Part shown: in pieces, positions 28,652 to 37,390 of the stretch | Position numbering within the stretch: position 1 is the first letter of the stretch | How the letters are laid out: the number at the start of each line of letters is the position of its first letter | NCBI GenBank assembly: GCA_016699385.1 | Contig: CP064974.1 | Location: forward strand, 468,466-532,465 | Direction: 5' to 3' | Length of the DNA stretch: 64,000 nucleotides | Source of the DNA: Candidatus Moraniibacteriota bacterium | GTDB lineage: Bacteria; Patescibacteriota; Minisyncoccia; Moranbacterales; UBA1568 | Translations under genes and position numbers: made by a program | The notes under the pieces: generated by a model | The model's input: the letters and a program-made list of their open reading frames with translations, nothing else | Databases searched by the model: none | What the model was told of the DNA's origin: nothing

Positions 28652-31600
28652 TTATTTCTTTTCTTTCCATTTCAAATCCTTTTCGTTTTCCTCTATCCAT
28701 TTCCGCCAACTGCTCTCGCCAGAAAGCCACGCAGACCATTCCTCATCGGAAATATACGTTTTATATCCAAGACGAATATGCTCCGCCATAACGATTCCTT
28801 TACGCGCAATGTTGTACGCACCATTGCTATCGCCAGAACTCGGCAAAGCTAGCTTCTCATCCCTCTGCTCAGCATCCCAATACTTCCGCGAATCGAAATG
28901 CTCTCCGGTGTGCTCATTGCGAACTGGAGAAAGAAGAAAATCAGAATCGCGCTCATTTTCCTTTTCCCCAGTATTCCTGATCTGTTGGATGAGATCGATG
29001 CAATGGCGAAGCGACTCATATGCCGGGTATTCTGAAATTTTCACAAGTTCTCCGCCCCCCTTCATTTGTGTAAAAAGCGATCGATTCCTGTCTTTTTTGT
29101 CGAGGTTTGCAAAAAGTGAGTCAAGCATTTCGACGACATCCTCCTTTTCTACCTTCCACTCATTCTTGTCCGTTCCACGCTTCCCGCGAAAACGATCGAG
29201 ACTTTCGCCATTCTTTCCCGAGTAGAGTGTCCACGTTTTTCCATTTCGTATCTCCCTATTATTCTCTTTCTTTTTCCCCTTTTCTATTCGTACTTTTATT
29301 TTCTCAACATATGTAAATGCATAATCTTTCCCATCGAAGACGATATCCGAGAAAGTTTCGAGAATTTCTCTCTTGATACTTTCTTCCGAACCGCGCTTCA
29401 AATAAACTGTCTTGCGCCATCCGGTAAGCGGATCGGTTTGCGACGTATAATTGGCACGAGTATACAGCATGATGCCGAATTGCTTGGAGTTGATATCGCC
29501 GAAATTATTGACTGGTGGCGTCAATTGAAAGGCTTTTGTGACAGAGCCAATTTCACCAATTTTTGCAGACTTATCAACAAGAAAGTTTAATTTTTTCGCA
29601 AGTGCAAGTTCAAGCTTCTGATAAACCTGCTTTTCTATTTTCTGGCGCCCGCGCTTGAAACCAATATTCAAATCCTCCAACACAATAAGTGCGCCCTTTT
29701 CGACAGCAATATCAACAATTTTCCGAACAACCTGAGAAATATACCCCTCCTTCAAGTCCTTGATTGTCCCGATGGTCTTCCAATTTTTTCGTGCAAAATC
29801 CCGCTCACCAGCTCGCGCTTCAAGCAATGCATTGTAATCTTTTCCGCCAACAACATTAAAACTTCCTTGATCCAACAGTTCTCCTTTTTCACTTACAAGC
29901 GACCAATATGCCAAGTGCTTTTCCCCGCGGTCGATACCGAGGAAAATACATTGCGCTCCATCCCTAAGTTTTTCAGAGATTTCCCTATTGACAGCTCGAT
30001 TCTTCATACAAAAATTAAGCGTAATCGGAACATGAAAAAGAAATTTTTCTTTCGAAAATCGGAAGTTCTTGATAATGCTCTTCCCACTATTATCATCCGC
30101 TCTTTGCTGTTTCTCCTCAGGAAGCGCTGATCTGTAAAATACCTCAGCCTCTCCATTCAATTTCGGACGATTTTCGATATCACGAAACATCGCGTCCCAA
30201 TACATCGTGTGCAGATTATTTTTGTGCCCTTCTTTTTTTCCGCTATTTGAATCCTGATTGTGAATCTCAAAGAGATAGAGCCTTCCCTCGCTAACCCAAG
30301 AGTCAACAACAGTCTTATTTACGGAAACAAAAGAATTCTTATACCCTTGCTTCTCAACATCCAGATAAAATTGGCTAATATCAACATATTCTTCAGTCGG
30401 ACGAAATGAAAAGTCAAAACAATTCCACTCCTCATATTTTTGAAGTCCTGATTTATAGAAATCAATGATCTTTCCAAGGCTTTCTCTCGAGAATCCGTCA
30501 GAGCCTTTCTTGAAATCGCCATGATCATATATTTTTAGTATTTCATCTGTAGCACCGTATTTTTTTCGATTAGATTTCGGCAAAAGACACTTCGGAAGCA
30601 TCTTGTTCGGTCCAGGAAGAAGCTTGTACTCCATCTTTGAAAAAATTTCACCCTTTTCAACAACATACAACTTATTCTCTTTTTGCTTTTTGAAGAGAGA
30701 ATTATATCCTTTTTCTTTTCTCTTTGAGATAATACCAAGAAAATATTTTTCATCCCTATCTCGAAAGATGACACAGAGATTATCGGACTCTTTATTCATA
30801 TCCCACCCGCTAGCGAGCGTGCTTTGTCCAAAATTCAATTTCAACTTGTTTTTCTTTGCATCGTCTTGAGGCTTCTTGGTAAGGAAATTTCGTGTCGCGT
30901 CATAATATCGAAACCAATTCGTCTCATCTTTTTCCGAATCCAAAAATACTTTCAGATATTCGGCAAGAACGGAATCGAGAGCTTCGCCTTTTATCTTGCT
31001 AGGACGAACGACAAAGTATTTAATCATTTGCGTCGCCGAAAGCATCTCATCAAGCCACGACTTAATTGCTTCCTTACTCGTCTCACTTGTGTACTCCGAA
31101 AGATGCGCGATATTTCCCGATTCACGCACAAACGACTCTACATGCTCTCCAATGTCCGACAGAATCATTTCCAAAAGCGCCCGCGACGGCTTCTGTGCAT
31201 TTTGCACAATCGACGAGTATCGCTCATTTCTTTTCTTTCGTCGTTCACATTGTTCGTAGTCGATATCTTCCTTCCGTTCGCATTCAATTGTTTCCGTAAG
31301 ACTTTCCTTAAAGAATACGCCCGAATCGCGCCAATGCCATTCTTCTTCAAGAGATTCCGGCTTAGAATCGAGAACTGTGAAGAAATCTTCAAGATCAATA
31401 GCTTCGGGAATCCTCACATCTTCTTGACTTCCTTTTACTGAATCTTGAAATACCTTTGCCGTTTTAAGTCTATCTTTCAAGCTGTGCCAATCCGAAAAGT
31501 ACCGATTTGATATCGTATTCATTGCTGCTTTCGACCAATAGAAACCAGTGAAGTTCTCTCGTGATCGAATATACGCAATTAAGTCTGGCAGTGAGCCAAG

Positions 31601-32791
31601 AGAAGCGACATCTATATCAGATACATCCCCACGGTCAGATGCTCGAAAATACCTCCCTCCAGCTTCCGATACATCATGAAGCAACTCTTCCAAAGAATAA
31701 AATTTCTTCTTCGATTGATTCGCTCGTTTCTTTTCGGCCTCGGATTTCTTCTCGTCTGTCAATTCGAAGAACAGAGCATCTCGCCTTCCACATCCAATCT
31801 GCCTGTAAAGCGTTTTGAAAAATTTGAGCTTCTCGCTTTTTTCACCATGAGCTTGATTGTAACGGTTTATAAGGAAATTTGCATTTCCGACTGCCTCGTT
31901 ATACGATTCTATCTCTGTTTGGGACAGACACTCAGTGAAGTACTCGATACGAAAAAGATTCGGATCAATCGAAATACACGGTGTTTCTTTCTTGTCCTTT
32001 CCCTTCATGACAAGCGGGTCTCCAAGCTTTCTTAAGGATTCAAAAATATCTTCATACACTCTCTGTCTCCCTCGAAATATGAGAACATTGTCGCAAAATA
32101 TTGGAAGATTCTCATGTACAATACGCGTGGCGACTGCCGTAGCCTTCTCGTCCCTTGTTACATAATAATTTTCCCGATTTTGGTTGAACCCAGAAAAATA
32201 AGTAAAAAATCCTTCGAAGATATTCAGATACTTATGAATTTCATCCAGTGAAAGAATATCGGAAAAACGATCAGCATTCTTTCGGATATATTCCAAAATT
32301 CCAACTTCAGTAAGAATTTTGAAACCACTCCCACTAAATATTTCCTTTCCTTTTTCTGTTTTCCCTGCCACATTTTTCCAGGATTCAGCGACTTTTATAT
32401 ATGCATCACCAAAGGCACTTCGCATTTTTTTCTCCTCAACCTCGAAAGCTTTCTCTTTTATATCGCTCTTCCTTTCGTATAAATCCAGATAAGAAGAAAA
32501 TTTTATACTTTTGACAGATTCAGACTCAAGACTTTCAGTTATAAAGTCCTCATGAATTTTATCGAATATTGGCTTGAGTGCCTGATAGGCATCCTCGATA
32601 TTTTGATCCGAAAGAAACGTGCGTAGATTTTCATCATACCCGAATTGCGTCCGCATATTCTCAAGAGTCTTCCCTATTGGCTTCAATTCAAACCGCAATG
32701 TTTTTGACAATGAATACTTCCCAGTAAAATCATCAAAAATGCCCTTCCTGTTTTCTCCATTCATAGGAAAAATGTGAAACGATTTATACAA
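28652..32791 (-). CDS. cas12a: type V-A CRISPR effector Cas12a (Cpf1)
   Basis: 1379-aa ORF. N-terminal [19 protein letters not shown], then [12 protein letters not shown] and [12 protein letters not shown]. RuvC-I [12 protein letters not shown], RuvC-II [26 protein letters not shown], RuvC-III [13 protein letters not shown]. All are co-linear with FnCas12a and Parcubacteria PbCpf1. ORF-track start 32791 is a TTG; the likely true start is ATG at 32764 ([20 protein letters not shown]). Confidence 0.95.
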   Translation of the reverse strand: [1379 protein letters not shown]

Positions 32792-32812
32792 TAAAAAATA
32801 CGAATTTCCCGC

Positions 32813-32901
32813 AAAAAAGCCGAAAAGGGACAGCGGCCGTCGCCCAGCAGAGCATCATGCCAAACGGCAATGTGTTGCCAGAACCGCTATCCCTTTTCGG
32901 C
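32813..32901 (-). promoter_or_regulatory. large stem-loop (18-bp stem) plus U-tract immediately upstream of cas12a start: putative attenuator/terminator-like leader element
   Basis: Arms 32819-32836 (GCCGAAAAGGGACAGCGG) and 32884-32901 (CCGCTATCCCTTTTCGGC). The single mismatch is C.A on the plus strand but a U.G wobble on the minus (cas12a-sense) strand. The 47-nt loop has an inner hairpin GGCAA-TGTG-TTGCC. On the minus strand a T6 run (32813-32818) follows, 22 nt before the cas12a start. Confidence 0.45.
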
Positions 32902-32980
32902 TTGAATACAAATTCAACCAGGAGGATTTCGGCATGATACTGCAAAACTGAGCGACACCCGCATTCTACACGACCGCAAT

Positions 32981-32994
32981 ATCTTGCGCAAGAT
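32981..32994. promoter_or_regulatory. perfect 14-bp palindrome ATCTTGCGCAAGAT upstream of cas12a (candidate operator)
   Basis: Exact self-complementary 14-mer in the mltG-cas12a intergenic region. Confidence 0.3.
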
Positions 32995-33019
32995 GCCAAA
33001 CTGACAGCAACTTCCGTCC

Positions 33020-33058
33020 CCACAAAAAAACTCCCCCTGCAAAAATGAGAGGGGAGTT
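33020..33058 (-). terminator. rho-independent terminator downstream of mltG
   Basis: Minus strand: AACTCCCC / GGGGAGTT 8-bp GC-rich stem (33029-33058) followed by TTTTTTT; 22 nt after the mltG stop. Confidence 0.6.
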
Positions 33059-33080
33059 ACAAAAAACCAAAGAAAAAATT

Positions 33081-34169
33081 CTACAGCCCATTTGCTGCTT
33101 TATTCTTCACGTGTTCTTCGAAGGTTTTGGAGAAGAAGGTTTGTCCGGTCTTTGGGTTATTGAGGAAAAAATAGAAGTCATTTGCTATCGGGAAGAGAGC
33201 TGCTCGAAGCGAAACAAGTCCCGGATTCGATATCGGTCCGGGCGGAAGCCCTTTATTCACATAGGTATTGTAGGGCGAAACGACCGCAATATCATCGAGT
33301 GAGTGCTGCACCTTTGCCTCGCCACCTCTTGCGTATTGCACCGTTGCATCACTCTCGAGCGCATGCCCATCAGCAAGCCGCCGCCAAAAAAGATCGCTTA
33401 CCATTCCCCGTTCACGCGCGATATCCGATGTAGACTGATTTGCTGTCCCAATTTCCCGCTCGATGATACTCGCCATCGTCACAATATCCAAAATGCTCTT
33501 TCCTTGTCGCAATGTCTCATCTCTCATATCCTGCGTAAACCGCGTCTCGAAATTTTGCAACATCTTGGCAAGAATATTTTCCGGCGTCGCCGAAAGAAGA
33601 AAGGTATAGGTATCAGGAAACAAGAAACCCTCAAGCGAAGCTCCTTCCGGCAAACTCGCCAAAGTAGGATATTTCTCTTTCCATTTAGGGAGCGGATTTG
33701 CGACGAGTGCCAAGAATCCGTCGCCATCAAACCCATTTCCCGAGAGTCGTGCTGCCATCTTCTTGGCATCCCACCCTTCGGGAAAGGTGAGCGTCATTTC
33801 CTTTGGCTTTCCATCATTGGCGAGGAATATCGAGACCACATCCGGCGAAGTGAGCTTCCCCGGAATCACAAAGTCCCCAGCATGAATCTTCCCCTGAAGT
33901 CCGCCCGTCCACGCACTCCACAAGAAATACCCTTGCCATACCACAAGCCGTTCATCCTCAAGCCGCTTCGCGACCGAAAACACATTCTCGTGCTCATTTA
34001 TATGAAAAAGCTTTTCCCCGACAAACTCACTCTTCACCGATTTCGCGCGAAAGACAAAAATACCGGCACCTACGCCAGCAAGCAGACACACGCCAAACAA
34101 TCCAAAAAGAGACTTCCGCAACATGTCGCGTTTCCGATAAAAGTCGATTAGAGTTTCTCTTGCACTCAA
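33081..34169 (-). CDS. mltG: endolytic murein transglycosylase MltG (YceG family)
   Basis: N-terminal TM, YceG-like domain with SPYNTYVNKGLPPGPI motif. Confidence 0.85.
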   Translation of the reverse strand: MSARETLIDFYRKRDMLRKSLFGLFGVCLLAGVGAGIFVFRAKSVKSEFVGEKLFHINEHENVFSVAKRLEDERLVVWQGYFLWSAWTGGLQGKIHAGDFVIPGKLTSPDVVSIFLANDGKPKEMTLTFPEGWDAKKMAARLSGNGFDGDGFLALVANPLPKWKEKYPTLASLPEGASLEGFLFPDTYTFLLSATPENILAKMLQNFETRFTQDMRDETLRQGKSILDIVTMASIIEREIGTANQSTSDIARERGMVSDLFWRRLADGHALESDATVQYARGGEAKVQHSLDDIAVVSPYNTYVNKGLPPGPISNPGLVSLRAALFPIANDFYFFLNNPKTGQTFFSKTFEEHVKNKAANGL

Positions 34170-34606
34170 ATTCCCAACACCTGCACAATTACATCGCGTT
34201 TCCGTGCACCATCGAATTCGAGTGCAAAGATACTCTGAAGTGGCGAGAGAATGAGATCGCCACGCTCCACCAGGACAGTCTCACTCGATCCGACGAGCAA
34301 TGCTTTGCAATGAGAGTGCCCATTGCTCCGTCCATCCGAAGGACGCTCTTTACGGAGTTCGAAAAGATCATGGGAGTAATGATCATCAATCGGCGCCACT
34401 TTGTAGAGAATTCGCATGAAATCCTGCAAAAGAAGCGGTTCATTATGATTGATGACGATACTCATCGTCGTATGCGCTGCAAAAATAGTCACCTGCCCTT
34501 GTCGAATACCAGACTCGCGCACAATATCGCGAACACGATCCGTAATATCGACAAAATCAACCTGCGTCCGACTTTCAAAGGGGACGACTTGTTTGTGTAT
34601 TCTCAT
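34166..34606 (-). CDS. yjbQ: YjbQ/UPF0047 family secondary thiamine-phosphate synthase-like protein
   Basis: 146 aa; FVDITDRVRDIVRESGIRQGQVTIFAAHTTMSIVINHNE matches YjbQ family. Confidence 0.7.
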   Translation of the reverse strand: MRIHKQVVPFESRTQVDFVDITDRVRDIVRESGIRQGQVTIFAAHTTMSIVINHNEPLLLQDFMRILYKVAPIDDHYSHDLFELRKERPSDGRSNGHSHCKALLVGSSETVLVERGDLILSPLQSIFALEFDGARKRDVIVQVLGI

Positions 34607-34653
34607 ACCCTCCTTGTGTATTTATGGAACGCACCAAACATTGGCGCTCGTGT

Positions 34654-34968
34654 TTACGCTTTCGACAACGCGTCCTTGAGCACTTCTTTCTGTTGAAGAC
34701 CCATGAACTCCTTCACTACTTTTCCTCCTTTGAAAATTTTGAGACTCGGAATAGACAGGATGCCATATTCAGATGCTTGCTTGGGATTCTCATCGACATC
34801 AAGCTTGCCCACTTTTGCTGTTGCCTTCACTTCTTCGGCAAGCTCTTCGATAACAGGACCCATCGCCTGACACGGTCCGCACCACTGTGCCCAAAAATCA
34901 ACCAAAACCGGCTGTTCACTCTTCAATACCTCTTCTTCGAAATTTGCATCGGTAAATGTGTGTGCCAT
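34654..34968 (-). CDS. trxA: thioredoxin
   Basis: 104 aa; VLVDFWAQWCGPCQAMGPVIEELA with WCGPC active site. Confidence 0.9.
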   Translation of the reverse strand: MAHTFTDANFEEEVLKSEQPVLVDFWAQWCGPCQAMGPVIEELAEEVKATAKVGKLDVDENPKQASEYGILSIPSLKIFKGGKVVKEFMGLQQKEVLKDALSKA

Positions 34969-35015
34969 AAAATTATGCTTTTGAAATTAGAAGATGCGCT
35001 ACCAAATACTATAAT

Positions 35016-35363
35016 CTAGTGAGATTTCTGGAGAATATCACCACCCTTCCCTTCACTACCGAGGAAATCTGACAGCTCATGAGCAAAGATTGAGTCATGC
35101 TTACCAATCCACGCAAGAAGCATAGCTGCGTGCTCCTTCTCCTCATCTCGATTGTGTCTGAGAATGCCACGAAGTTCTTCATCGACCGCTCCCTCCGCTC
35201 GCTGATTGTACCAATCAATTGCCTCTAATTCTTCTCGAAGAGAGTCGATTGCCCGTTTCATATCAAGTGAATCGGGACTCAACATCCCTCGTTCTTCATG
35301 CAACATAGACGTGTCATTACTCGAATTACCCCCTCCTAATGCTGACAGTATAGCACAAAGCAA
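35016..35363 (-). CDS. small ferritin-like (E-x-x-H motif) protein, hypothetical
   Basis: ~100 aa with EELEAIDWY...EEKEHAAML reminiscent of ferritin-like diiron helices; low confidence. Confidence 0.35.
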   Translation of the reverse strand: MLCAILSALGGGNSSNDTSMLHEERGMLSPDSLDMKRAIDSLREELEAIDWYNQRAEGAVDEELRGILRHNRDEEKEHAAMLLAWIGKHDSIFAHELSDFLGSEGKGGDILQKSH

Positions 35364-35395
35364 AACAAGCGAGAAACAATCGAATCAATAGGTTC

Positions 35396-37279
35396 CTACC
35401 CATCATTTTTCCGCAAGACATCAAGAAATGCTTTGGGCGGAATCGTCACGCCACCGATAGCGCGCATTTTTTTCTTCCCCTTCTTTTGCTTTTCGAGGAG
35501 CTTCCGCTTGCGCGTCACATCGCCACCATAGAGCTTCGCAATCACATCCTTGCGAAATGCCGATATCGTCTCGCGCGCAATCACCTTACCACCCACCATC
35601 GCCTGAATTGCCACCGCGAAATTGTGCCGCGGAATAACGGTCTTGAGTTTCTCAACTGTTTCTTTTCCCTCCGAGAAGGCTCGCGACTTTGGTACCATAC
35701 GAGAAAACGCTTCGACTGGCTCATTGGCAACCATAATATCCAGACGAACTACATCCGACTTCCGATATCCTATCGGCTCATAGTTCATAGAAGCAAATCC
35801 CGACGAAACGCTTTTCAAGCGATCATGAAAGCTTACGATCACATCCATAAGCGGCGCATCGAAAGAAAGAAGCACGCGTTCTTCATCAAGATATTCGGTA
35901 TTCCGATACTCTGCACGAATAGATGCCGAGAGATCCATAAGCGCGCCGAGAAACGATGCTGGCGCAACCACCTTGAGATCGACATACGGTTCATAGATAG
36001 TTTCTATCGAAGCCGGATCCGGCATGTCCATAGGCGAGTAGAGTGGCACTCGTCCTTCACTTTCACGAAGTTCAAGTTCATAGATAACAGAGGGCGTTGT
36101 AATCGTTGGCGTGAGCGAAAACTCACGCTCGAGACGCGCTTGGATGATTTCGAGATGGAGCAACCCCAAAAATCCGCATCGAAATCCTCGCCCAAGAGCA
36201 GCGTTGCTTTCCGGCTCGAAGACAAACGCCGCATCATTGAGTTTCAATTTATCAAGCGCGTCACGCATCTCCGCATAGTCGTCACCATCAACCGGATAGA
36301 GACTCGCATACACCATCGGCTTCACTTCTTGATACCCTGGAAGTGCTTCAATAGACGATGAACTCCCCGACTGCCGATCGCCTCGAGAAACCGTTGTGAT
36401 AGTATCGCCGACACGGCACGAGGCGACATCCTTCTGCCCCGTCGCAATATAGCCGATATCACCAGCGGACAATTCTTCCGTTGGCGTAAGCTCCGGTTTC
36501 ATAACACCCACCTCGATTGCCAAGCTCTCCGTCGAGGTTGCCATCATGCGAAGCATATCGTCCCGCCGAACCGCGCCATCCACAATGCGCACAGACGCGA
36601 CAACACCCTTGTACGTATTGTAAGCAGAATCAAAGATAAGCGCGCGAAGTGGTGCTTCCTCGCGACCCTCAGGCGCCGGCACTCGTTCAACAACCGCCCG
36701 AAGAATCTCCGAGACACCAATGCCTGTCTTCCCGGATGCAAGGAGAATGTCTTCTTCCTGACAACCGAGAACATGGAGAATTTCCTTCTTCGTCTTCTCG
36801 ACATTTGCTGCAGGCAAATCGACTTTATTGACAACCGGAATAATTGCCAATCCTTCCTCGATTGCGAGATACAAATTGGCAAGTGTCTGCGCCTGCACGC
36901 CCTTGGTCGCATCGACCAAGAGAATAGCCCCCTCGACCGCTGCCAAAGACCGCGACACTTCATAGTGAAAGTCCACGTGCCCAGGTGTATCAATCAGATT
37001 GAGTGTATACCTCCCCACTTCTGGAAAATCGTGCGCGCCTTCCCCTATCAAATCTTCTCCCCCCACGTTTCGATGCTCGTACTCATACCGCATCCGAACT
37101 GGCTGGAGTTTGATGGTAATGCCACGCTCGCGTTCCAAATCCATCTGATCAAGAAGTTGTGCCTTCATCTTCCGCTTCTCAACCGTCCCCGTCTCCTCCA
37201 AAAGCCGGTCTGCCAAGGTCGACTTTCCATGGTCGATATGCGCAATAATGCAAAAATTCCTGATAAACCGTTGATCCAT
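35396..37279 (-). CDS. lepA: translation elongation factor 4 (LepA)
   Basis: IRNFCIIAHIDHGKSTLADRLLEETG G1 motif, DTPGHVDF, NKVDL; LepA-specific C-terminal domain. Confidence 0.9.
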   Translation of the reverse strand: MDQRFIRNFCIIAHIDHGKSTLADRLLEETGTVEKRKMKAQLLDQMDLERERGITIKLQPVRMRYEYEHRNVGGEDLIGEGAHDFPEVGRYTLNLIDTPGHVDFHYEVSRSLAAVEGAILLVDATKGVQAQTLANLYLAIEEGLAIIPVVNKVDLPAANVEKTKKEILHVLGCQEEDILLASGKTGIGVSEILRAVVERVPAPEGREEAPLRALIFDSAYNTYKGVVASVRIVDGAVRRDDMLRMMATSTESLAIEVGVMKPELTPTEELSAGDIGYIATGQKDVASCRVGDTITTVSRGDRQSGSSSSIEALPGYQEVKPMVYASLYPVDGDDYAEMRDALDKLKLNDAAFVFEPESNAALGRGFRCGFLGLLHLEIIQARLEREFSLTPTITTPSVIYELELRESEGRVPLYSPMDMPDPASIETIYEPYVDLKVVAPASFLGALMDLSASIRAEYRNTEYLDEERVLLSFDAPLMDVIVSFHDRLKSVSSGFASMNYEPIGYRKSDVVRLDIMVANEPVEAFSRMVPKSRAFSEGKETVEKLKTVIPRHNFAVAIQAMVGGKVIARETISAFRKDVIAKLYGGDVTRKRKLLEKQKKGKKKMRAIGGVTIPPKAFLDVLRKNDG

Positions 37280-37390
37280 ATATTTTCCCCTCATTCAAAA
37301 CAAAAAAAGAAGCTCCCAACAGCTCCTTCACGGTAGTATAAACCCGAAGAAAAGGCAATTTTCTGCAGAAGCGCTCACATTAACACAATA

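Noticed and set aside
28277-32165. Numerous plus-strand and alternative-frame ORFs inside cas4/cas12a (for example 28277..28852, 28620..29225, 30824..31441, 31676..32035)
   Set aside because: They are shadow ORFs antisense or out of frame to long, well-supported cas genes, with no independent signals.
32784-33023. 79-aa minus-strand ORF overlapping the cas12a upstream region
   Set aside because: It spans the inverted repeats, the palindrome and the terminator. The composition is regulatory or structural rather than coding, and there is no RBS.
33303-34151. 282-aa plus-strand ORF opposite mltG
   Set aside because: Antisense shadow of a confidently identified gene.
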